Source: Eledone cirrhosa
Taxonomy: Eukaryota
Direction: 5' to 3'
Length of the DNA stretch: 64,000 bases
Assembly: GCA_964016885.1 (NCBI GenBank)
Contig: OZ024747.1
Location: 72,478,001-72,542,000, forward strand
Shown here: piece after piece, positions 26,301 to 41,300 of the stretch
How positions within the stretch are numbered: the first letter of the stretch is position 1
How the letters are laid out: each line of letters opens with the position of its first letter
Program-made: the position numbers and the translations under genes
The notes under the pieces: generated by a model
Seen by the model: the letters and a program-made list of their open reading frames with translations, nothing else
What the model was told of the DNA's origin: nothing
The model's database searches: none

Positions 26301-29300
26301 GAGACGATAATATAGAGACACATTAAAAAGAGACGACAATGTAGAGACACATTCAAAAGAGACGACAATATAGAGACATTCAAAAGAGACGACAATATAG
26401 AGACACATTAAAAAGAGACGACAATGTAGAGACATTCAAAAGAGACGACAATGTAGAGACATTCAAAAGAGACGACAATGTAGAGACATTCAAAAGAGAC
26501 GACAATGTAGAGACACATTCAAAAGAGACGAAAATATAGAGACATTCAAAAGAGACGACGATGTAGAGACACATTCAAAAGAGACGACAATGTAGAGACA
26601 TTCAAAAGAGACGACAATATAGAGACACATTCAAAAGAGACGACAATGTAGAGACATTCAAAAGAGACGACAATATAGAGACACATTCAAAAGAGACGAC
26701 AATGTAGAGACATTCAAAAGAGACGACAATGTAGAGACACATTCAAAAGAGACGACAATGTAGAGACATTCAAAAGAGACGACAATGTAGAGACATTCAA
26801 AAGAGACGACAATGTAGAGACACATTCAAAAGAGACGACAATGTAGAGACATTCTAAAGAGACGACAATGTAGAGACATTCAAAAGAGACGACAATGTAG
26901 AAACATTCAAAAGAGACGACAATGTAGAGACACATTCAAAAGAGACGACAATATAGAGACATTCAAAAGAGACGACGATGTAGAGACACATTCAAAAGAG
27001 AATACAATGTAGAGACATTCAAAAGAGACGACAATATAGAGACACATTCAAAAGAGACAACAATGTAGAGACATTCAAAAGAGACGACAATATAGAGACA
27101 CATTCAAAAGAGACGACAATGTAGAGACATTCAAAAGAGACGACAATGTAGAGACACATTCAAAAGAGACGACAATGTAGAGACATTCAAAAGAGACGAC
27201 AATGTAGAGACATTCAAAAGAGACGACAATGTAGAGACACATTCAAAAGAGACGACAATGTAGAGACATTCTAAAGAGACGACAATGTAGAGACATTCAA
27301 AAGAGACGACAATGTAGAGACACATTCAAAAGAGAAGACAATGTAGAGACATTCAAAAGAGACGACAATGTAGAGACACATTCAAAAGAGACGACAATGT
27401 AGAGACATTCAAAAGAGACGACAATATAGAGACACATTCAAAAGAGACGACAATGTAGAGACATTCCAAAGAGACGACAATGTAGAGATATTCAAAAGAG
27501 ACGACAATGTAGAAACACATTCAAAAGAGACGACAATGTAGAGACACATTCAAAAGAGACGACAATATAGAGACATTCTAAAGAGACGACAATGTAGAGA
27601 CATTCAAAAGAGACGACAATGTAGAGACATTCAAAAGAGACGACAATGTAGAGACACATTCAAAAGAGACGACAATATAGAGACATTCAAAAGAGACGAT
27701 AATATAGAGACACATTAAAAAGAGACGACAATGTAGAGACACATTCAAAAGAGACGACAATATAGAGACATTCAAAAGAGACGACAATATAGAGACACAT
27801 TAAAAAGAGACGACAATGTAGAGACATTCAAAAGAGACGACAATGTAGAGACATTCAAAAGAGACGACAATGTAGAGACATTCAAAAGAGACGACAATGT
27901 AGAGACACATTCAAAAGAGACGAAAATATAGAGACATTCAAAAGAGACGACGATGTAGAGACACATTCAAAAGAGACGACAATGTAGAGACATTCAAAAG
28001 AGACGACAATATAGAGACACATTCAAAAGAGACGACAATGTAGAGACATTCAAAAGAGACGACAATATAGAGACACATTCAAAAGAGACGACAATGTAGA
28101 GACATTCAAAAGAGACGACAATGTAGAGACACATTCAAAAGAGACGACAATGTAGAGACATTCAAAAGAGACGACAATGTAGAGACATTCAAAAGAGACG
28201 ACAATGTAGAGACACATTCAAAAGAGACGACAATGTAGAGACATTCTAAAGAGACGACAATGTAGAGACATTCAAAAGAGACGACAATGTAGAAACATTC
28301 AAAAGAGACGACAATGTAGAGACACATTCAAAAGAGACGACAATATAGAGACATTCAAAAGAGACGACGATGTAGAGACACATTCAAAAGAGACGACAAT
28401 GTAGAGACATTCAAAAGAGACGACAATATAGAGACACATTCAAAAGAGACGACAATGTAGAGACATTCAAAAGAGACGACAATATAGAGACACATTCAAA
28501 AGAGACGACAATGTAGAGACATTCAAAAGAGACGACAATGTAGAGACACATTCAAAAGAGACGACAATGTAGAGACATTCAAAAGAGACGACAATGTAGA
28601 GACATTCAAAAGAGACGACAATGTAGAGACACATTCAAAAGAGACGACAATGTAGAGACATTCTAAAGAGACGACAATGTAGAGACATTCAAAAGAGACG
28701 ACAATGTAGAGACACATTCAAAAGAGAAGACAATGTAGAGACATTCAAAAGAGACGACAATGTAGAGACACATTCAAAAGAGACGACAATGTAGAGACAT
28801 TCAAAAGAGACGACAATATAGAGACACATTCAAAAGAGACGACAATGTAGAGACATTCAAAAGAGACGACAATGTAGAGACATTCAAAAGAGACGACAAT
28901 GTAGAAACACATTCAAAAGAGACGACAATGTAGAGACACATTCAAAAGAGACGACAATGTAGAGACATTCAAAAGAGACGGCAATGTAGAGACATTCAAA
29001 AGAGACGACAATGTAGAGACATTCAAAAGAGACGACAATGTAGAGACACATTCAAAAGAGACGACAATGTAGAGACATTCAAAAGAGACGACAATGTAGA
29101 GACACATTCAAAAGAGACGACAATGTAGAGAAATTCAAAAGAGACGACAATATAGAGACACATTCAAAAGAGACGACAATATAGAGACATTCAAAAGAGA
29201 CGACAATGTAGAGACACATTCAAAAGAGACGACAATATAGAGACATTCAAAAGAGACGACAATATAGAGACATTCGAAAGAGACGACAATGTAGAGACAC

Positions 29301-32300
29301 ATTCAAAAGAGACGACAATATAGAGACATTCAAAAGAGACGACAATATAGAGACATTCAAAAGAGACGACAATGTAGAGACACATTCAAAAGAGACGACG
29401 ATGTAGAGACATTCAAAAGAGACGACAATGTAGAGACACATTCAAAAGAGACGACAATGTAGAGACATTCAAAAGAGACGACAATGTAGAGACACATTCA
29501 AAAGAGACGACAATGTAGAGAAATTCAAAAGAGACGACAATATAGAGACACATTCAAAAGAGACGACAATATAGAGACATTCAAAAGAGACGACAATGTA
29601 GAGACACATTCAAAAGAGACGACAATATAGAGACATTCAAAAGAGACGACAATATAGAGACATTCGAAAGAGTCGACAATGTAGAGACACATTCAAAAGA
29701 GACGACAATATAGAGACATTCAAAAGAGACGACAATGTAGAGACATTTAAAAGAGACGACAATGTAGAGACACATTCAAAAGAGAAGACAATGTAGAGAC
29801 ATTCAAAAGAGACGACAATGTAGAGACACATTCAAAAGAGACGACAATGTAGAGAAATTCAAAAGAGACGACAATATAGAGACACATTCAAAAGAGACGA
29901 CAATGTAGAGACATTCAAAAGAGACGACAATGTAGAGACATTCAAAAGAGACGACAATGTAGAGACATTCAAAAGAGACGACAATGTAGAAACACATTCA
30001 AAAGAGACGACAATGTACAGACACATTCAAAAGAGACGACAATGTAGAGACATTCAAAAGAGACGACAATGTAGAGACATTCAAAAGAGACGACAATGTA
30101 GAAACATTCAAAAGAGACGACAATGTAGAGACACATTCAAAAGAGACGACAATATAGAGACATTCAAAAGAGACGACGATGTAGAGACACATTCAAAGGA
30201 GACGACAATATAGAGACATTCAAAAGAGACGACAATGTAGAGACATTCAAAAGAGACGACAATGTAGAGACACATTCAAAAGAGACGACAATGTAGAGAC
30301 GTTCAATAGAGACGACAATATAGAGACACATTCAAAAGAGACGACAATGTAGAGACATTCAAAAGAGACGACAATAAAGAGACACATTCAAAAGAGACGA
30401 CAATGTAGAGACATTCAAAAGAGACGACAATGTAGAGACATTCAAAAGAGACGACAATGTAGAAACACATTCAAAAGAGACGACAATGTAGAGACACATT
30501 CAAAAGAGACGACAATGTAGAGACATTCAAAAGAGACGACAATGTAGAGACATTCAAAAGAGACGACAATGTAGAGACATTCAAAAGAGACGACAATGTA
30601 GAAACATTCAAAAGAGACGACAATGTAGAGACACATTCAAAAGAGACGACAATATAGAGACATTCAAAAGAGACGACGATGTAGAGACACATTCAAAAGA
30701 GACGACAATGTAGAGACATTCAAAAGAGACGACAATGTAGAGACATTCAAAAGAGACGACAATGTAGAGACACATTCAAAAGAGACGACAATGTAGAGAC
30801 ATTCAAAAGAGACGACAATGTAGAGACACATTCAAAAGAGACGACAATGTAGAGACATTCAAAAGAGATGACAATGTAGAGACATTCAAAAGAGACGACA
30901 ATATAGGGACACATTCAATAGAGACGACAATGTAGAGACATTCAAAAGAGACGACAATATAGAGACACATTCAAAAGAGACGACAATATAGAGACATTCA
31001 AAAGAGACGACAATATAGAGACATTCAAAAGAGACGACAATGTAGAGACACATTCAAAAGAGACGACGATGTAGAGACATTCAAAAGAGACGACAATGTA
31101 GAGACACGTTCAAAAGAGACGACAATGTAGAGACACATTCAAAAGAGACGACAATATAGAGACATTCAAAAGAGACGACAATGTAGAGACATTCAAAAGA
31201 GACGACAATATAGAGACATTCAAAAGAGACGACAATGTAGAAACACATTCAAAAGAGACGACAATGTAGAGACATTCTAAAGAGACGACAATGTAGAGAC
31301 ATTCAAAAGAGACGACAATGTAGAGACATTCAAAAGAGACGACAATGTAGAGACACATTCAAAAGAGACGACAATATAGAGACATTCAAAAGAGACGATA
31401 ATATAGAGACACATTAAAAAGAGACGACAATGTAGAGACACATTCAAAAGAGACGACAATATAGAGACATTCAAAAGAGACGACAATATAGAGACACATT
31501 AAAAAGAGACGACAATGTAGAGACATTCAAAAGAGACGACAATGTAGAGACATTCAAAAGAGACGACAATGTAGAGACATTCAAAAGAGACGACAATGTA
31601 GAGACACATTCAAAAGAGACGAAAATATAGAGACATTCAAAAGAGACGACGATGTAGAGACACATTCAAAAGAGACGACAATGTAGAGACATTCAAAAGA
31701 GACGACAATATAGAGACACATTCAAAAGAGACGACAATGTAGAGACATTCAAAAGAGACGACAATATAGAGACATTCAAAAGAGACGACAATGTAGAGAC
31801 ATTCAAAAGAAACGACAATGTAGAAACATTCAAAAGAGACGACAATGTAGAGACACATTCAAAAGAGACGACAATATAGAGACATTCAAAAGAGACGACG
31901 ATGTAGAGACACATTCAAAAGAGACGACAATATAGAGACATTCAAAAGAGACGACAATGTAGAGACATTCAAAAGAGACGACAATGTAGAGACACATTCA
32001 AAAGAGACGACAATGTAGAGACATTCAAAAGAGACGACAATGTAGAGACATTCAAAAGAGACGACAATGTAGAGACATTCAAAAGAGACGACAATGTAGA
32101 GACACATTCAAAAGAGACGACAATGTAGAGACATTCAAAAGAGATGACAATGTAGAGACATTCAAAAGAGACGACAATATAGGGACACATTCAATAGAGA
32201 CGACAATGTAGAGACATTCAAAAGAGACGACAATATAGAGACACATTCAATAAAGACGACAATATAGAGACACATTCAAAAGAGACGACAATGTAGAGAC

Positions 32301-35300
32301 ATTCAAAAGAGACGACAATGTAGAGACATTCAAAAGAGACGACAATGTAGAGACATTCAAAAGAGACGACAATGTAGAAACATTCAAAAGAGACGACAAT
32401 GTAGAGACACATTCAAAAGAGACGACAATGTAGAGACATTCAAAAGAGACGACAATGTAGAGACATTCAAAAGAGACGACAATGTAGAAACACATTCAAA
32501 AGAGACGACAATGTAGAGACACATTCAAAAGAGACGACAATGTAGAGACATTCAAAAGAGACGACAATGTAGAGACATTCAAAAGAGACGACAATGTAGA
32601 GACATTCAAAAGAGACGACAATGTAGAAACATTCAAAAGAGACGACAATGTAGAGACACATTCAAAAGAGACGACAATATAGAGACATTCAAAAGAGACG
32701 ACGATGTAGAGACACATTCAAAAGAGACGACAATGTAGAGACATTCAAAAGAGACGACAATGTAGAGACATTCAAAAGAGACGACAATGTAGAGACACAT
32801 TCAAAAGAGACGACAATGTAGAGACATTCAAAAGAGACGACAATGTAGAGACACATTCAAAAGAGACGACAATGTAGAGACATTCAAAAGAGATGACAAT
32901 GTAGAGACATTCAAAAGAGACGACAATATAGGGACACATTCAATAGAGACGACAATGTAGAGACATTCAAAAGAGACGACAATATAGAGACACATTCAAA
33001 AGAGACGACAATATAGAGACATTCAAAAGAGACGACAATATAGAGACATTCAAAAGAGACGACAATGTAGAGACACATTCAAAAGAGACGACGATGTAGA
33101 GACATTCAAAAGAGACGACAATGTAGAGACACGTTCAAAAGAGACGACAATGTAGAGACACATTCAAAAGAGACGACAATGTAGAAACATTCAAAAGAGA
33201 CGACAATGTAGAGACACATTCAAAAGAGACGACAATATAGAGACATTCAAAAGAGACGACAATATAGAGACATTCAAAAGAGACGACAATGTAGAAACAC
33301 ATTCAAAAGAGACGACAATGTAGAGACATTCAAAAGAGACGACAATGTAGAGACACATTCAAAAGAGACGACAATGTACAGACACATTCAAAAGAGATGA
33401 CAATGTAGAGACACATTCAAAAGAGACGACAATGTAGAGACATTCAAAAGAGACGATAATGTAGAGACACATTCAAAAGAGACGACAATGTAGAGACACA
33501 TTCAAAAGAGACGACAATGTAGAGACACATTCAAAAGAGCGACAATGTAGAGACGTTCAAAAGAGACGACAATGTAGAGACACATTCAAAAGAGACGACA
33601 ATGTAGAGACACATTCAAAAGAGACGACAATATAGAGACATTCAAAAGAGACGACAATATAGAGACATTCAAAAGAGACGACAATGTAGAAACACATTCA
33701 AAAGAGACGACAATGTAGAGACATTCAAAAGAGACGACAATGTAGAGACACATTCAAAAGAGACGACAATGTAGAGACATTCAAAAGAGACGACAATGTA
33801 GAGACACATTCAAAAGAGACGACAATATAGAGACATTCAAAAGAGACGACAATATAGAGACATTCAAAAGAGACGACAAAGTAGAGACACATTCAAAAGA
33901 GCCGACGATGTAGAGACATTCAAAAGAGACTACAATGTAGAGACACATTCAAAAGAGACGACAATATAGAGACATTTAAAAGAGACGACAATGTAGAGAC
34001 ATTCAAAAGAGACGACAATATAGAGACATTCAAAATAGACGACAATGTAGAAACACATTCAAAAGAGACGACAATGTAGAGACATTCAAAAGAGACGACA
34101 ATGTAGAGACACATTCAAAAGAGACGACAATGTAGAGACATTCAAAAGAGACGACAATGTAGAGACACATTCAAAAGAGACGACAATATAGAGACATTCA
34201 AAAGAGACAACAATATAGAGACATTCAAAAGAGACGACAAAGTAGAGACACATTCAAAAGAGCCGACGATGTAGAGACATTCAAAAGAGACTACAATGTA
34301 GAGACATTCAAAAGAGACGACAATGTAGAGACACATTCAAAAGAGACGACAATGTAGAGACATTCAAAAGAGATGACAATGTAGAGACATTCAAAAGAGA
34401 CGACAATATAGGGACACATTCAATAGAGACGACAATGTAGAGACATTCAAAAGAGACGACAATATAGAGACACATTCAATAGAGACGACAATATAGAGAC
34501 ACATTCAAAAGAGACGACAATGTAGAGACATTCAAAAGAGACGACAATGTAGAGACATTCAAAAGAGACGACAATGTAGAGACATTCAAAAGAGACGACA
34601 ATGTAGAAACATTCAAAAGAGACGACAATGTAGAGACACATTCAAAAGAGACGACAATGTAGAGACATTCAAAAGAGACGACAATGTAGAGACATTCAAA
34701 AGAGACGACAATGTAGAAACACATTCAAAAGAGACGACAATGTAGAGACACATTCAAAAGAGACGACAATGTAGAGACATTCAAAAGAGACAGCAATGTA
34801 GAGACATTCAAAAGAGACGACAATGTAGAGACATTCAAAAGAGACGACAATGTAGAGACACATTCAAAAGAGACGACAATGTAGAGACATTCAAAAGAGA
34901 CGACAATGTAGAGACACATTCAAAAGAGACGACAATGTAGAGAAATTCAAAAGAGACGACAATATAGAGACACATTCAAAAGAGACGACAATATAGAGAC
35001 ATTCAAAAGAGACGACAATGTAGAGACACATTCAAAAGAGACGACAATATAGAGACATTCAAAAGAGACGACAATATAGACACATTCAAAAGAGACGACG
35101 ATGTAGAGACATTCAAAAGAGACGACAATGTAGAGACACGTTCAAAAGAGACGACAATGTAGAGACACATTCAAAAGAGACGACAATGTAGAAACATTCA
35201 AAAGAGACGACAATGTAGAGACACATTCAAAAGAGACGACAATATAGAGACATTCAAAAGAGACGACAATATAGAGACATTCAAAAGAGACGACAATGTA

Positions 35301-38300
35301 GAAACACATTCAAAAGAGACGACAATGTAGAGACATTCAAAAGAGACGACAATGTAGAGACACATTCAAAAGAGACGACAATGTACAGACACATTCAAAA
35401 GAGATGACAATGTAGAGACACATTCAAAAGAGACGACAATGTAGAGACATTCAAAAGAGACGATAATGTAGAGACACATTCAAAAGAGACGACAATGTAG
35501 AGACACATTCAAAAGAGACGACAATGTAGAGACACATTCAAAAGAGCGACAATGTAGAGACGTTCAAAAGAGACGACAATGTAGAGACACATTCAAAAGA
35601 GACGACAATGTAGAGACACATTCAAAAGAGACGACAATATAGAGACATTCAAAAGAGACGACAATATAGAGACATTCAAAAGAGACGACAATGTAGAAAC
35701 ACATTCAAAAGAGACGACAATGTAGAGACATTCAAAAGAGACGACAATGTAGAGACACATTCAAAAGAGACGAAAATATAGAGACATTCAAAAGAGACGA
35801 CGATGTAGAGACACATTCAAAAGAGACGACAATGTAGAGACATTCAAAAGAGACGACAATATAGAGACACATTCAAAAGAGACGACAATGTAGAGACATT
35901 CAAAAGAGACGACAATATAGAGACACATTCAAAAGAGACGACAATGTAGAGACATTCAAAAGAGACGACAATGTAGAGACACATTCAAAAGAGACGACAA
36001 TGTAGAGACATTCAAAAGAGACGACAATGTAGAGACACATTCAAAAGAGACGACAATGTAGAGACACATTCAAAAGAGACGACAATGTAGAGACACATTC
36101 AAAAGAGCGACAATGTAGAGACGTTCAAAAGAGACGACAATGTAGAGACACATTCAAAAGAGACGACAATGTAGAGACACATTCAAAAGAGACGACAATA
36201 TAGAGACATTCTAAAGAGACGACAATGTAGAGACATTCAAAAGAGACGACAATGTAGAGACATTCAAAAGAGACGACAATGTAGAGACACATTCAAAAGA
36301 GACGACAATATAGAGACATTCAAAAGAGACGATAATATAGAGACACATTAAAAAGAGACGACAATGTAGAGACACATTCAAAAGAGACGACAATATAGAG
36401 ACATTCAAAAGAGACGACAATATAGAGACACATTAAAAAGAGACGACAATGTAGAGACATTCAAAAGAGACGACAATGTAGAGACATTCAAAAGAGACGA
36501 CAATGTAGAGACATTCAAAAGAGACGACAATGTAGAGACACATTCAAAAGAGACGAAAATATAGAGACATTCAAAAGAGACGACGATGTAGAGACACATT
36601 CAAAAGAGACGACAATGTAGAGACATTCAAAAGAGACGACAATATAGAGACACATTCAAAAGAGACGACAATGTAGAGACATTCAAAAGAGACGACAATA
36701 TAGAGACACATTCAAAAGAGACGACAATGTAGAGACATTCAAAAGAGACGACAATGTAGAGACACATTCAAAAGAGACGACAATGTAGAGACATTCAAAA
36801 GAGACGACAATGTAGAGACATTCAAAAGAGACGACAATGTAGAGACACATTCAAAAGAGACGACAATGTAGAGACATTCTAAAGAGACGACAATGTAGAG
36901 ACATTCAAAAGAGACGACAATGTAGAAACATTCAAAAGAGACGACAATGTAGAGACACATTCAAAAGAGACGACAATATAGAGACATTCAAAAGAGACGA
37001 CGATGTAGAGACACATTCAAAAGAGAATACAATGTAGAGACATTCAAAAGAGACGACAATATAGAGACACATTCAAAAGAGACAACAATGTAGAGACATT
37101 CAAAAGAGACGACAATATAGAGACACATTCAAAAGAGACGACAATGTAGAGACATTCAAAAGAGACGACAATGTAGAGACACATTCAAAAGAGACGACAA
37201 TGTAGAGACATTCAAAAGAGACGACAATGTAGAGACATTCAAAAGAGACGACAATGTAGAGACACATTCAAAAGAGACGACAATGTAGAGACATTCTAAA
37301 GAGACGACAATGTAGAGACATTCAAAAGAGACGACAATGTAGAGACACATTCAAAAGAGAAGACAATGTAGAGACATTCAAAAGAGACGACAATGTAGAG
37401 ACACATTCAAAAGAGACGACAATGTAGAGACATTCAAAAGAGACGACAATATAGAGACATTCCAAAGAGACGACAATGTAGAGACATTCAAAAGAGACGA
37501 CAATGTAGAAACACATTCAAAAGAGACGACAATGTAGAGACACATTCAAAAGAGACGACAATATAGAGACATTCTAAAGAGACGACAATGTAGAGACATT
37601 CAAAAGAGACGACAATGTAGAGACATTCAAAAGAGACGACAATGTAGAGACACATTCAAAAGAGACGACAATATAGAGACATTCAAAAGAGACGATAATA
37701 TAGAGACACATTAAAAAGAGACGACAATGTAGAGACACATTCAAAAGAGACGACAATATAGAGACATTCAAAAGAGACGACAATATAGAGACACATTAAA
37801 AAGAGACGACAATGTAGAGACATTCAAAAGAGACGACAATGTAGAGACATTCAAAAGAGACGACAATGTAGAGACATTCAAAAGAGACGACAATGTAGAG
37901 ACACATTCAAAAGAGACGAAAATATAGAGACATTCAAAAGAGACGACGATGTAGAGACACATTCAAAAGAGACGACAATGTAGAGACATTCAAAAGAGAC
38001 GACAATATAGAGACACATTCAAAAGAGACGACAATGTAGAGACATTCAAAAGAGACGACAATATAGAGACACATTCAAAAGAGACGACAATGTAGAGACA
38101 TTCAAAAGAGACGACAATGTAGAGACACATTCAAAAGAGACGACAATGTAGAGACATTCAAAAGAGACGACAATGTAGAGACATTCAAAAGAGACGACAA
38201 TGTAGAGACACATTCAAAAGAGACGACAATGTAGAGACATTCTAAAGAGACGACAATGTAGAGACATTCAAAAGAGACGACAATGTAGAAACATTCAAAA

Positions 38301-41300
38301 GAGACGACAATGTAGAGACACATTCAAAAGAGACGACAATATAGAGACATTCAAAAGAGACGACAATATAGAGACATTCAAAAGAGACGACAATGTAGAG
38401 ACACGTTCAAAAGAGACGACAATGTAGAGACATTCAAAAGAGACGACAATATAGAGACACATTCAAAAGAGACGACAATGTAGAGACATTCAAAAGAGAC
38501 CACAATGTAGAGACACATTCAAAAGAGACGACAATGTAGAGACATTCAAAAGAGACGATAATGTAGAGACACATTCAAAAGAGACGACAATGTAGAGACA
38601 CATTCAAAAGAGACGACAATGTAGAGACACATTCAAAAGAGCGACAATGTAGAGACGTTCAAAAGAGACGACAATGTAGAGACACATTCAAAAGAGACGA
38701 CAATGTAGAGACACATTCAAAAGAGACGACAATATAGAGACATTCAAAAGAGACGACAATATAGAGACATTCAAAAGAGACGACAATGTAGAAACACATT
38801 CAAAAGAGACGACAATGTAGAGACATTCAAAAGAGACGACAATGTAGAGACACATTCAAAAGAGACGAAAATATAGAGACATTCAAAAGAGACGACGATG
38901 TAGAGACACATTCAAAAGAGACGACAATGTAGAGACATTCAAAAGAGACGACAATATAGAGACACATTCAAAAGAGACGACAATGTAGAGACATTCAAAA
39001 GAGACGACAATATAGAGACACATTCAAAAGAGACGACAATGTAGAGACATTCAAAAGAGACGACAATGTAGAGACACATTCAAAAGAGACGACAATGTAG
39101 AGACATTCAAAAGAGACGACAATGTAGAGACACATTCAAAAGAGACGACAATGTAGAGACACATTCAAAAGAGACGACAATGTAGAGACACATTCAAAAG
39201 AGCGACAATGTAGAGACGTTCAAAAGAGACGACAATGTAGAGACACATTCAAAAGAGACGACAATGTAGAGACACATTCAAAAGAGACGACAATATAGAG
39301 ACATTCTAAAGAGACGACAATGTAGAGACATTCAAAAGAGACGACAATGTAGAGACATTCAAAAGAGACGACAATGTAGAGACACATTCAAAAGAGACGA
39401 CAATATAGAGACATTCAAAAGAGACGATAATATAGAGACACATTAAAAAGAGACGACAATGTAGAGACACATTCAAAAGAGACGACAATATAGAGACATT
39501 CAAAAGAGACGACAATATAGAGACACATTAAAAAGAGACGACAATGTAGAGACATTCAAAAGAGACGACAATGTAGAGACATTCAAAAGAGACGACAATG
39601 TAGAGACATTCAAAAGAGACGACAATGTAGAGACACATTCAAAAGAGACGAAAATATAGAGACATTCAAAAGAGACGACGATGTAGAGACACATTCAAAA
39701 GAGACGACAATGTAGAGACATTCAAAAGAGACGACAATATAGAGACACATTCAAAAGAGACGACAATGTAGAGACATTCAAAAGAGACGACAATATAGAG
39801 ACACATTCAAAAGAGACGACAATGTAGAGACATTCAAAAGAGACGACAATGTAGAGACACATTCAAAAGAGACGACAATGTAGAGACATTCAAAAGAGAC
39901 GACAATGTAGAGACATTCAAAAGAGACGACAATGTAGAGACACATTCAAAAGAGACGACAATGTAGAGACATTCTAAAGAGACGACAATGTAGAGACATT
40001 CAAAAGAGACGACAATGTAGAAACATTCAAAAGAGACGACAATGTAGAGACACATTCAAAAGAGACGACAATATAGAGACATTCAAAAGAGACGACGATG
40101 TAGAGACACATTCAAAAGAGAATACAATGTAGAGACATTCAAAAGAGACGACAATATAGAGACACATTCAAAAGAGACAACAATGTAGAGACATTCAAAA
40201 GAGACGACAATATAGAGACACATTCAAAAGAGACGACAATGTAGAGACATTCAAAAGAGACGACAATGTAGAGACACATTCAAAAGAGACGACAATGTAG
40301 AGACATTCAAAAGAGACGACAATGTAGAGACATTCAAAAGAGACGACAATGTAGAGACACATTCAAAAGAGACGACAATGTAGAGACATTCTAAAGAGAC
40401 GACAATGTAGAGACATTCAAAAGAGACGACAATGTAGAGACACATTCAAAAGAGAAGACAATGTAGAGACATTCAAAAGAGACGACAATGTAGAGACACA
40501 TTCAAAAGAGACGACAATGTAGAGACATTCAAAAGAGACGACAATATAGAGACACATTCAAAAGAGACGACAATGTAGAGACATTCCAAAGAGACGACAA
40601 TGTAGAGACATTCAAAAGAGACGACAATGTAGAAACACATTCAAAAGAGACGACAATGTAGAGACACATTCAAAAGAGACGACAATATAGAGACATTCTA
40701 AAGAGACGACAATGTAGAGACATTCAAAAGAGACGACAATGTAGAGACATTCAAAAGAGACGACAATGTAGAGACACATTCAAAAGAGACGACAATATAG
40801 AGACATTCAAAAGAGACGATAATATAGAGACACATTAAAAAGAGACGACAATGTAGAGACACATTCAAAAGAGACGACAATATAGAGACATTCAAAAGAG
40901 ACGACAATATAGAGACACATTAAAAAGAGACGACAATGTAGAGACATTCAAAAGAGACGACAATGTAGAGACATTCAAAAGAGACGACAATGTAGAGACA
41001 TTCAAAAGAGACGACAATGTAGAGACACATTCAAAAGAGACGAAAATATAGAGACATTCAAAAGAGACGACGATGTAGAGACACATTCAAAAGAGACGAC
41101 AATGTAGAGACATTCAAAAGAGACGACAATATAGAGACACATTCAAAAGAGACGACAATGTAGAGACATTCAAAAGAGACGACAATATAGAGACACATTC
41201 AAAAGAGACGACAATGTAGAGACATTCAAAAGAGACGACAATGTAGAGACACATTCAAAAGAGACGACAATGTAGAGACATTCAAAAGAGACGACAATGT